From NCBI GenBank assembly GCA_963730935.1, contig CAVSTP010000004.1, positions 64,001 through 128,000 of the forward strand: DNA of 64,000 bases, written 5' to 3'. This document shows positions 36,776-45,518 of the stretch, piece by piece (positions within the stretch are counted from its first letter, which is position 1; each line of letters starts with the position of its first letter). The notes beneath the pieces are model-generated. The model did no database searches, was not told where the DNA came from, and was given only the letters and a program-made list of their open reading frames with translations. The position numbers and the translations under genes were made by a program. This stretch comes from an uncultured Nitrospiraceae bacterium (GTDB lineage Bacteria; Nitrospirota; Nitrospiria; Nitrospirales; Nitrospiraceae).

Positions 36776-37852
36776 CTACTGAAAGTATTTCAGTAAGGCT
36801 TTGGACGCGTCGACCACCCCGGTCATGAGTGCATGCCCCGTAGTGGTCCTGACGCCGGCAATTGCCTCTAGGGCCGGTCGCCAGTTTCCCGAAGCGAAAT
36901 CGCCTCGGGTCAGCTCCTGGCCTCGTCCATGGTCATGGAGATATTTGACGAGAGGAGCCTCATCCGCAAAGTTGTAGCGCCTGACGTAGATCACCGGTAG
37001 GCCAAGGGCGACCGCTTCGAGGATGGTGCCGTAGCCCGGTTTCGTCATGACCACGTCGACAGAGGCCAGTGCCGTTTTGAACGAGAACGGCACTGAGGAC
37101 AGCGGGTGGATATGTGGGGAGGCACGCTCAAGGCCGTCGACGAGGAAGTGATATCCCTCTATTCGCTCCATCTGATCCCACGGCAAGGTTTGAAGAGGAA
37201 TGCCTCCGAAGCCCACGAGGATCAGCCGTTCCGACTCCGTGATTCCCAACCTTGAGCGGAGCTGTTCCCGCTGTGATCGGGCAGGCTCGGCGATTGGACC
37301 GATGTCGACCACCTTGCGGACCCCCGACAAGGAAAGCCCTGGAGCGATACGCAAGGCCATGTCAGCATCTGCATAGGAGCGCTCGATCGCGCTCACGATG
37401 TTTTGGTGTTCCGAGGGAGAGGTGTCAAAACAGCGCAGGACATCGCTCCAGGTGAAACTGGCCACAACGATGGCGGGAATGCCGGTGTGTTTTCCTGCCG
37501 AAAGGGCTAAATAGGGTGTGTCGGCAAGAACCATTGCAGGCGCCGCCGCTGCCAGGGCCGCCGTTTCTGTGGCCATGCGAGATTCCCACGATGCGTGAAA
37601 TCGCCGGTGCGCTTCCCAGGTGGCCGGAACGTCAATGTCCAGTGGTCCGTGTTGAACGCATCCGACATCTTGCTGAACGGATTGCAGAGACCATGGAATC
37701 GTCAGCCGGTCGTGAAAAAATGACGCCGGTACCGTCGATCGCAAGATCGCAGTGAGACCCGGAAGATGGCGTCCGAGCTCATTGAGGATTGGAACGACTT
37801 GGGCGGCGTGTCCGAAACCATGACCCGAGATTGCACACCAGATCGTTGGCAA
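36776..37852 (-). CDS. GT-B glycosyltransferase-like protein
   Basis: SGHGFGHA, GFGG, TKPGYGT..EA. Confidence 0.75.
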   Translation of the reverse strand: MPTIWCAISGHGFGHAAQVVPILNELGRHLPGLTAILRSTVPASFFHDRLTIPWSLQSVQQDVGCVQHGPLDIDVPATWEAHRRFHASWESRMATETAALAAAAPAMVLADTPYLALSAGKHTGIPAIVVASFTWSDVLRCFDTSPSEHQNIVSAIERSYADADMALRIAPGLSLSGVRKVVDIGPIAEPARSQREQLRSRLGITESERLILVGFGGIPLQTLPWDQMERIEGYHFLVDGLERASPHIHPLSSVPFSFKTALASVDVVMTKPGYGTILEAVALGLPVIYVRRYNFADEAPLVKYLHDHGRGQELTRGDFASGNWRPALEAIAGVRTTTGHALMTGVVDASKALLKYFQ

Positions 37853-37942
37853 GGTTACACCGATGAGGCGGTCTCAGTCCTGGGTTGGGTTTCAGCGAAG
37901 CGCGGAATCTCCTATGCTGAGGTCGGACCCTGTGCGCATCGT

Positions 37943-38134
37943 CTAATGGTCCGACTCCAGTGGAGCGATGTTGTACAGCAGTTCAAGGTCGAACTCCTCC
38001 ACCAGTTCGTTGAATGCATGGATCCCGAGGTCGGAGCGGACCTCGTTCATGACGAGATCGATGGCAGGACCTGCCTGCGGTCCGTATTGCTTAATGGCGG
38101 AATCAATGCGTTGCTTCGCGGTAGTAATGTGCAT
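37943..38134 (-). CDS. Small hypothetical protein
   Basis: 63-aa ORF co-oriented with neighbours. Confidence 0.55.
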   Translation of the reverse strand: MHITTAKQRIDSAIKQYGPQAGPAIDLVMNEVRSDLGIHAFNELVEEFDLELLYNIAPLESDH

Positions 38135-38146
38135 ATACAGCCAACG

Positions 38147-38464
38147 TTATCCGAGAGAACGAAGCAATGTTTGCATCTCAGGAACGAGATCCCGTCCGCC
38201 ATTGGACCGTCCGGAGATCGCGGCATCGATGCCGGCTTGCAGGACCCGTTTTGCTTCTTCCCGCTGCTTGACTCCGATCAGCGCGCGGCCCAAAGCCAGG
38301 TGTGACGCGACATGCACTGGGTCAAGTTGGACGGCGACACGGAGATGTTCCGCCGCTTCCTCGAAGCTGCCGCCCTCCTGCAGAATCCTGTTGCCGAGAC
38401 CGTATCGGCCCAAGAATCCGTTGGGATTCTTCGCCACCATCTCGCGGAACGAATTGATGTCCAT
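38147..38464 (-). CDS. Small TPR protein
   Basis: NP...RYGLG, AV.LDP, LALGRAL; SD GGAG. Confidence 0.75.
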   Translation of the reverse strand: MDINSFREMVAKNPNGFLGRYGLGNRILQEGGSFEEAAEHLRVAVQLDPVHVASHLALGRALIGVKQREEAKRVLQAGIDAAISGRSNGGRDLVPEMQTLLRSLG

Positions 38465-38555
38465 GCACCTTCTCCAGTTGCCGGAATGAACGCATCATAG
38501 CATCGGCGCGTTTCTCTGGGCCAGACGAAAAAATGTGTCGTGTGGAGCGCGGCCG

Positions 38556-39317
38556 TTATGGCTCTGCGGGAGCAGGAGTCGAAATTGGAATGGCGGCTGA
38601 TGCGGAAGCGGGTGGGCGCATGGTGCGTGGTTTGACCGAGACGCTGCGGATGCCTGATTCCGAAAGCGGCGCGCTGCTCGCCGAAAAAAATACGGTATCG
38701 TTGGCGATCTGCCTTGCCAGTTCGGTGAGACAGGATTCCGTTACATGGCCTTTCAACTCATCGACCATAATGGTGGTTGCGCCGAACAGATGGTAACGGA
38801 CGGTGCCGGCCGATTCGCTCTCGTAACGCTTGATCTGTCCATCCCACCGTTCTAATTCAAGCGACAAATGGGCACTGTAATCGTACTCGAAGGGAAGAAA
38901 CGGAGTGAGGAGGTACATTGACGCACCAATGACGATGCCCTTCCAGGCTGCGCCGCCTGCATGTGGATCGACGGCCTCATCGAAGAGAAGCCTGGCGCGC
39001 ACCGTCTTTTCGCCGTATGCCGGCGCGGACGTGTTGATGGATGTGAGGTGTGAGAACAGTCCGATATCTGCAAGAGAGCTCAGAATCCTCTGTGCGGTCT
39101 CGGCCGAAGGATTCTGCGGCGATCCGTTTCTGGTCGTGTGGATGCGGTCCAGGATCAGCGGCACTTGCTCGTCCCTGGCGATCATTTGAGCGGCACGATT
39201 ATCGGACTCCGCGGGGAGAGTCATCATTTCTATCCAGTACGAGCAGCCGCTGGTGGCGGTCAGCATCAGTCCACAACAGGCAAGCGTGAGGCCCCGAAGT
39301 TTGGGGGAAGCGTTCAC
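38556..39317 (-). CDS. Hypothetical lipoprotein
   Basis: TSGC lipobox; SD GGAGG; overlaps nothing, follows PagL-like gene. Confidence 0.65.
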   Translation of the reverse strand: MNASPKLRGLTLACCGLMLTATSGCSYWIEMMTLPAESDNRAAQMIARDEQVPLILDRIHTTRNGSPQNPSAETAQRILSSLADIGLFSHLTSINTSAPAYGEKTVRARLLFDEAVDPHAGGAAWKGIVIGASMYLLTPFLPFEYDYSAHLSLELERWDGQIKRYESESAGTVRYHLFGATTIMVDELKGHVTESCLTELARQIANDTVFFSASSAPLSESGIRSVSVKPRTMRPPASASAAIPISTPAPAEP

Positions 39318-39327
39318 AATGTACCTC

Positions 39328-39933
39328 CTAGAAGTAGAATGAGAAGCCTCCGAACGGCAGACTCGCGTTCAGGCCCAAATTGGGATATCGCGTGCCCGCA
39401 TTGGAAATATGGTGGAACCGATAGCCAACGTTGAACGACAGTTGGGGCGTGAAGAACCAGGAGAGGCCGCCGCCAGCCGTGAGAATGAAATTGAAGCGTG
39501 CAGACTCTTCGGGAATGCGGCCTCCGAGATCCGTGTAAAAGGGGCCGCCGGCGAACTCGATGTAGGGTCTGAGTCGGCCCGTGCCTTCGAACATCCACTT
39601 GATCTTGGGCGTGAATCCCACCCCATGAGTGAGTTCCGGCTCCTGAAACTGGATGTAGACGATTTCGGCGCCGAGCATGAGGTGTCCCCGAAGCCATCGC
39701 CAGCCGATCGGATCCGTCAGAACCATTGCCCACGAGGGCATGATCGCAGGACCGCTCTGTTTGGTACTGTGCTGGTCCGTCAGACGATTGGACAGCAGAT
39801 AGCCGGCGCTTAACCCGATCTCCTGTGTGCCTACCGTGAGGTGCGGGACCGTTTCCCCGGCTTCGCACGCAATCGAAAGGGACGAAAGCACGGCGGCGAA
39901 TGTAATGAGAGCGGCCAGCGGGGATCGCGTCAT
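39328..39933 (-). CDS. PagL-like acyloxyacyl hydrolase (outer-membrane beta-barrel)
   Basis: Signal peptide, PYIE..GG, FNF, YRFHHISNAG...PN.G.N, terminal F. Confidence 0.85.
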   Translation of the reverse strand: MTRSPLAALITFAAVLSSLSIACEAGETVPHLTVGTQEIGLSAGYLLSNRLTDQHSTKQSGPAIMPSWAMVLTDPIGWRWLRGHLMLGAEIVYIQFQEPELTHGVGFTPKIKWMFEGTGRLRPYIEFAGGPFYTDLGGRIPEESARFNFILTAGGGLSWFFTPQLSFNVGYRFHHISNAGTRYPNLGLNASLPFGGFSFYF

Positions 39934-40204
39934 TCAGCATCCGGTTGAACCTTTGTCGGCGGGAACCCGAGCCAACAGCAGGTAAGCAATCGTGACGCTT
40001 CTTAAGGTAACAGAGATTGTCTGGGTGTCCAGAAACTGAGGAAATATTGCAGAGACGATTTCAATGGATGTGAGCGTTATTTCCTACATGGACCTCATTA
40101 TATCGGTGCTGTGAAAGGACAATGTCACATTCTTGTTAAGGTGGCATTATGAAACCGTAAGTTTTGTGTCGAGTGATAGGCGGGCAAAACCATGGGTATC
40201 AAGA

Positions 40205-40972
40205 TCAGTCGCGGCAGCTCTTGAGGCGGGCCAACTCTTGAGAATCTCGGGACGACTCGACAAGGTTGTACTTCGCATCGATTAGGACCGTCCGCTCGAG
40301 GCACCGAATGGCGGAAAGGCTGTCTCCGCGGCGGCGATAGAGATCGGCCAGCAGGCGCAGAACGGCCGCCTCTCCAACCTCGGTCCCAAGCTTAATATAA
40401 TGCTCCGAGCCGTTGTTCAGGCAACGCTCGGCATTCTCGAGATCTCCCTGTTCCAGGAAGCATTGTCCCATTTGGCTGTAGGTCACGGCTAAACCCTCTT
40501 CATTTCCAACCATCCGGTGGTACGTCAGGGATTGGCCGAACGACTCGACAGCCTCCTTCCAGTGCTGTTCGCGCGCCTCCTCAAGGGCGAGGTTGTTGTA
40601 CAGGATGCCGAGCGCCCGGTGGTCTTTCAGGGCGCGAAGCAGGTCCATCGCCTCCATATAATAGGGACGGGCCTTTGCCGGATGGCCCGTCCCGATATGC
40701 AGGTTGCCGAGATTCACCAGCGTATGGGCGATGGCGTGCGGGTTTTGCTCGGTGCGTTGAATATGCAGCACTTCGCGGTAACAGCGCTCGGCCGTATCGA
40801 AATCTTCGATTAGCGCACAGGTGTTGCCAAGGTTGCCGAGGGAATTGGAGAGTTCCTGAAGATCATTCGTTGACCGGTCCTCCTCTACGGCGGCCTCCCA
40901 GGCCGCTCTCGCCTGCGCCAAATCGCCCCGATGGAGGAAGATCCTTGCACGGTGCTTGTGAGCCTCGGACAT
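40205..40972 (-). CDS. Tetratricopeptide repeat protein
   Basis: Repeated ~40-aa units NLGN.....G....A...Y. Confidence 0.85.
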   Translation of the reverse strand: MSEAHKHRARIFLHRGDLAQARAAWEAAVEEDRSTNDLQELSNSLGNLGNTCALIEDFDTAERCYREVLHIQRTEQNPHAIAHTLVNLGNLHIGTGHPAKARPYYMEAMDLLRALKDHRALGILYNNLALEEAREQHWKEAVESFGQSLTYHRMVGNEEGLAVTYSQMGQCFLEQGDLENAERCLNNGSEHYIKLGTEVGEAAVLRLLADLYRRRGDSLSAIRCLERTVLIDAKYNLVESSRDSQELARLKSCRD

Positions 40973-40987
40973 GATCGGCCTGGACAG

Positions 40988-41410
40988 TTAATCTCCGCCT
41001 TTCGGGGTATCCTGTCTGAACTCTCGCTGCATGTCGTCCTCATGATCCATCCCGAGGCCGGCCCGGAAGGATCCACACAACTCCTCCACCTGATCGAGAT
41101 CCGCCAGGCTTTTGCCTTCGGGGGAGGTGAGATAGTGTTCACAGAGTCGGAGACCGGTGTGAAAGTGACGGGGAATCGTCTGTTCTGTGACTTGCTGCCA
41201 GGTGATGTAAATGCAAAAGGCTTGGAAGGCGTGGGCGTCGGGATGGCGCTGTGCGAGGCTCAATAACGCCTCATAGGCCTCCGTGGCCTCCTGGCCAGCG
41301 CTCGAAGAGAAGACCTGTTCTAATTCGACCGCCGTATCCCAGTCTCCTCCCAGTTCTATTTCTGCCTCGCGGAAGGCACACTGCGCGGCTAACGCGGGAT
41401 CGAATCGCAT
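40988..41410 (-). CDS. Hypothetical protein
   Basis: SD GGAGGAG; 140 aa; directly upstream of TPR gene. Confidence 0.7.
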   Translation of the reverse strand: MRFDPALAAQCAFREAEIELGGDWDTAVELEQVFSSSAGQEATEAYEALLSLAQRHPDAHAFQAFCIYITWQQVTEQTIPRHFHTGLRLCEHYLTSPEGKSLADLDQVEELCGSFRAGLGMDHEDDMQREFRQDTPKGGD

Positions 41411-41523
41411 GCGACACTCCTCCGGCGAACGATGTTACGAGTGTAGCGTTGCCTCCGTGCTGGTATCAACTCGTACGCTTCATTTACTTTTTGCCGGGCC
41501 GCTTTGTACACTGGCGTATTGCT

Positions 41524-43275
41524 ATGAGGGGTAATCAGCCGGTAGGTGCGCACGGGGATCAAGCCGCGCCAGATCTTGTCGATCAGGTCATTCAGTATCA
41601 CACCCAAACGAAGCATCACTTCGACCGTTATGCCCGTTCAGCGGGATATTTGGATTGGGCAAATCAGCCCGATCCCTTCCGGCGATACGAGGGGACGACG
41701 TTGACGCCCCTGCCGTTGCTCGCGCCGGAGGAGGCGCCGGTTTCACCGTCCTATCACGACATATATCAGCAGGGAGTGGTTCCATCTCAAGCGCTGACCG
41801 CAAGGACTCTGTCACGGTTTTTCGAGTTGGCACTCGCCCTGTCCGCGTGGAAGCGGGCGGGGGAATCTCAATGGGCTCTGCGCAGCAATCCGTCGTCGGG
41901 CAATCTGCATCCGACGGAAGGGTACGTCCTCATTCCATCTCTTGACGGGTTGGAACTGAAGCCAGGCCTCTACCATTATGCCCCAAAGGAACATGGACTC
42001 GAACTGAGGGCGGAATTCCGGGTTGAACCCTTGGTCGAGCTGCTTCGTCCCTTTCCGCCTCATGCCTTTGTGCTCGGTCTGACATCCGTGCATTGGCGCG
42101 AGGCGTGGAAATATGGAGAGCGAGCCTTTCGGTATTGCCACCATGATGTGGGGCATGCGATCGGGAGTGCACGGATTGCGGCTGCCACGTTAGGCTGGCA
42201 GGTGGTCCTTCTCGACGGGTGTGCGCAAGAGACCGTGGGAAGGCTAGTGGGAACGCAGCGGGCAGGGGACTATCTGCAGGCCGAAGCCGAGCATCCGGAT
42301 TGTGTCATGGCCGTATGGCCATCCGTAGATCACAACCTGTCTGCCGGTAGAACCATGCCGTTGTATCTCGATCCCGTGCATGTAGAAGCACTGACAAGTA
42401 CGAAATGGGTTGGCACAGCAAATCGCCTGAGCGCCGATCATGCTTTCCATTGGGATATCATCGACAGGACAGCTGAAGCCACATGGAAGACACACGCCGA
42501 AAGGGATACGATTCCTCTGGGTGAGGTTCCCACGGGCCGATCGGCTTCGAATGAAGTGTCGAGCACGAAAAGCACGCCGGCCGCGCAGATTATTCGTCAG
42601 CGGCGTAGCGCCGTCGCCTTCGATGCGAAGACGTCGTTATCGGCCGCCACATTCTTCACCATGCTCGAAAGGGTGATGCCGCATCATGCACTGTCACAAC
42701 TGTCGCGACCTATGCCCTGGGACACATGGCCGTATGATCCTGCCATCCATCTCATGCTGTTCGTTCATCGGATCGATGGACTGACGCCCGGCCTCTATTT
42801 CCTGGTTCGTGATGCCGGCAAGCTGGAGTTTATCCAACAGTGTATGAATTCGGAACTCATCTGGCAGCAGGCGCCGGATTGCCCTGACCGCCTTCCCCTC
42901 TATTGGCTGCTTGAAGGCGATGCGAAACGAGTTGCGGCCCAAGTCAGCTGTCATCAAGACATTGCCGGAGACAGCGCCTTTTCATTCGGGATGCTCGCCG
43001 AATTCGAAGGCCAATTGCGTCAACGTGGAGCGTGGTGGTATCCACGAATGTTTTGGGAGGCGGGGCTCTTGGGACAGGTCCTGTATCTGGAGGCGGAAGC
43101 GGCGGGAGTGCGCGCAACCGGCATCGGATGTTTTTTTGACGACCCCGTGCACGAGATTGTGGCCATCAAAGGATTGAGCCTGCAGTCTCTCTATCACTTC
43201 ACCATCGGAGGGCCGGTGGAGGACCGTCGTCTTATGACGCTTCCCCCCTATAGGCACCTCAAGCATCATAAATAA
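41524..43275 (+). CDS. SagB/ThcOx-family tandem nitroreductase-like protein
   Basis: YH..TKH, LDWANQP, LR.NPSSGNLHPTE, WKYGERAFRY, RRSA, GQ.LYLEAEA, GIGCFFD. Confidence 0.88.
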   Translation: MRGNQPVGAHGDQAAPDLVDQVIQYHTQTKHHFDRYARSAGYLDWANQPDPFRRYEGTTLTPLPLLAPEEAPVSPSYHDIYQQGVVPSQALTARTLSRFFELALALSAWKRAGESQWALRSNPSSGNLHPTEGYVLIPSLDGLELKPGLYHYAPKEHGLELRAEFRVEPLVELLRPFPPHAFVLGLTSVHWREAWKYGERAFRYCHHDVGHAIGSARIAAATLGWQVVLLDGCAQETVGRLVGTQRAGDYLQAEAEHPDCVMAVWPSVDHNLSAGRTMPLYLDPVHVEALTSTKWVGTANRLSADHAFHWDIIDRTAEATWKTHAERDTIPLGEVPTGRSASNEVSSTKSTPAAQIIRQRRSAVAFDAKTSLSAATFFTMLERVMPHHALSQLSRPMPWDTWPYDPAIHLMLFVHRIDGLTPGLYFLVRDAGKLEFIQQCMNSELIWQQAPDCPDRLPLYWLLEGDAKRVAAQVSCHQDIAGDSAFSFGMLAEFEGQLRQRGAWWYPRMFWEAGLLGQVLYLEAEAAGVRATGIGCFFDDPVHEIVAIKGLSLQSLYHFTIGGPVEDRRLMTLPPYRHLKHHK

Positions 43276-43301
43276 TGAACCCCGATCGATGAGCGGATAC
43301 G

Positions 43302-44159
43302 ATGTTCAAAATTAAGAAACGAATCGACAAGCCAAAGCCCATCGTCCTCTACAACATCATCGAAGACTATTCGGAGTTCGATGCACCGGGAAATGTCACG
43401 GCCTGTGCGATGACCCTTCCTGAAGACCTTGCAGCCCACGCAAAGGTGCTCTCGGAAAGTTATGACGTGCCGCTCGACACCATGAAAGCACTGCTGACCG
43501 AAGGCGGAACATACGTCTATCCGCAGGAAGGCGGGATCCTAACTCGGGGGCTGTTCGCCTGCGCTCTGGAGGGGGGAGACGCAATTCCCAAGCAGACATT
43601 TGTCCTGGACGTGGTGCAGTTCGCAGAAGCAGAGCAAACGGCGCGTGCCCGGTCGCTCTCACTTCTGAATGCTGCACGGAACGTGTTGTATCGGACGTTG
43701 CCTGACGAATTGAAGTCGAAGCTGGCGCAGAAGAATATGGGGCTGGACTATCGCACCCTGGATCGGGCGGTGGCAAAGGGCGGAGACGTTAAGTATGTCG
43801 ATTTCCGCAAGGATTGGTCGGCTCATTTTAAGCGGCTCTGCATCATGCCGGACGGCCGCCTCGTCGAAACCGGCGGACTCGAAGAGTTCGCCCGGTTGCA
43901 GGGTATTACACCCGCACAGGCCAAGACACTCGTCGAACAGGGAGGCACTCTCGAAATCGGAGAGGAGGTGTTGGCCTGTCAGATCGTCAACGGCCAGCCG
44001 GCTGTCGCACGGTTTAGTGCCAAGAACTATCTCAAAGCGAAGGAACTGGCGGCTTCAAAACACCTTCATTTGATGGACGCCTTGAGCGAGGTCGCCTATG
44101 CCGATCCCACGATGATGCGAGGGCTCGTCCGTAAAGAGCTCACGGGGGGACGGCCGTAA
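43302..44159 (+). CDS. Hypothetical protein with internal duplication
   Basis: 285-aa ORF; two similar [EQ]GGT..L.AC units. Confidence 0.7.
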   Translation: MFKIKKRIDKPKPIVLYNIIEDYSEFDAPGNVTACAMTLPEDLAAHAKVLSESYDVPLDTMKALLTEGGTYVYPQEGGILTRGLFACALEGGDAIPKQTFVLDVVQFAEAEQTARARSLSLLNAARNVLYRTLPDELKSKLAQKNMGLDYRTLDRAVAKGGDVKYVDFRKDWSAHFKRLCIMPDGRLVETGGLEEFARLQGITPAQAKTLVEQGGTLEIGEEVLACQIVNGQPAVARFSAKNYLKAKELAASKHLHLMDALSEVAYADPTMMRGLVRKELTGGRP

Positions 44160-44260
44160 TGCGTGCTGTCCACCCAGTCAGGCCTACAAGCAATTTGTTC
44201 AACGATGTCTCAATGAGCGCGGGTATGATCCGGTCGGTTGGGAGTTAAAACTGGGTCTGG

Positions 44261-44623
44261 CTAGGTGGCGAGCTCTTCGTTTACCGCCTCGACCATCTTG
44301 TTGAGATCGAAGGGTTTTTCAAACACGCGGCGGGCGCCGAATAGTTTGGCGACATCGAGGAAATTGCGGTCCCCTTGCGCCCCGGTCATGGCGATGATCT
44401 TGGCGTCGAGGTACTCACGGGTCAGCTGCAGGGTGGCTTCCAAGCCGTCGGTCCCCGGCATCAAAATGTCCATCAACACGAGATCGACCTTGCTCTGCTG
44501 ATACAGCGTCAAGCCTTCACGGCCGTCCCGCGCTTCCAATACCCGGTGCTTGGCTTTCTCCAGCACATCTTTCAAGAGATGTCGGATAGAGTCTTCGTCG
44601 TCAATGACCAGAATCGTCGCCAT
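44261..44623 (-). CDS. Single-domain response regulator
   Basis: VIDDE, LMDILMP..DG, MTG, KPF. Confidence 0.92.
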   Translation of the reverse strand: MATILVIDDEDSIRHLLKDVLEKAKHRVLEARDGREGLTLYQQSKVDLVLMDILMPGTDGLEATLQLTREYLDAKIIAMTGAQGDRNFLDVAKLFGARRVFEKPFDLNKMVEAVNEELAT

Positions 44624-44908
44624 GCTTGTCCGTGGCTCCTTGAATTCCGTGATATTACTCGTCTTGAGCCGACCTGTCTAGCGGGAAATCGTCGTGGGAA
44701 GTAGGACTCGACCCTAAGGATGTCTACAGGCGTCCGGTTTGAGATTCTTGTCAGATCTTTGGACCGATATGGCAGCGTAAGCTGTACGATACGCTGCCAT
44801 ACAGCGGTCGAGATCAAAAAAATACAGATTGACCTGGCCGGGGGCTATTTGGTACAAGCCTCCCACTACGTACGTAGCCACCCGATTATTCTTCGTGGAG
44901 TCATATCC

Positions 44909-45478
44909 GTGTTCGCTGCCGAGTGGTCCTGGACCAGACGGACGTTATTGAAAACCTCTGTGGCGGGCGTGCTCTGCTTGGGCGGAAAGCTGTTCATGCC
45001 ACGGCTTGCTTGCGCTCAAGCGAGAGTCCTTCCGGAAGGTGAACTGTGGTTTTACAACGTTCACACCGATGAGCGGCTGCGTGTCCGGTATCGTGACGAG
45101 CGCGGACGATACGATTTGACGGCGCTGGACGACCTCAACCACATTCTCCGCTGCCATCACACGGGAGAAGTCGCCACCATGGATCCGCGCGTGATCGAAC
45201 ACATCAATCTTGTGCAAAAGACGCTCGGCGGTGAGGGGGAGATCCACGTGATTTCCGGCTATCGATCACCGGAGTACAATGCGCTTCTCGTCAAACGAAG
45301 CCGTCGTGCCGCCAGACACAGCTTGCATGTCGAAGGCCAGGCCGTCGACTTCTTCATCCCCGGAGTCCGTCCGCGAGAAATCCGGAAGGTGGCTCTCAAG
45401 CTGCAGTATGGCGGGGTGGGATATTATCCTCGTGCGGACTTCATCCATCTGGATTGCGGTCCCTTCCGCTCCTGGTAA
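44909..45478 (+). CDS. YcbK/DUF882 (MepK-like) peptidase with Tat signal
   Basis: TRRTLLK, HT.E.L, ISGYRS..YN, SLH..G.A.D, GGVGYYP...FIHLD.GP.RSW. Confidence 0.88.
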   Translation: MFAAEWSWTRRTLLKTSVAGVLCLGGKLFMPRLACAQARVLPEGELWFYNVHTDERLRVRYRDERGRYDLTALDDLNHILRCHHTGEVATMDPRVIEHINLVQKTLGGEGEIHVISGYRSPEYNALLVKRSRRAARHSLHVEGQAVDFFIPGVRPREIRKVALKLQYGGVGYYPRADFIHLDCGPFRSW

Positions 45479-45518
45479 TCTTTCTTTTCTCCCTTCCTTG
45501 TGCGTTCGCCCCAACGGG

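Noticed and set aside
41524..43275. Azole-containing RiPP cluster
   Set aside because: No YcaO, precursor peptide or dedicated transporter adjacent.
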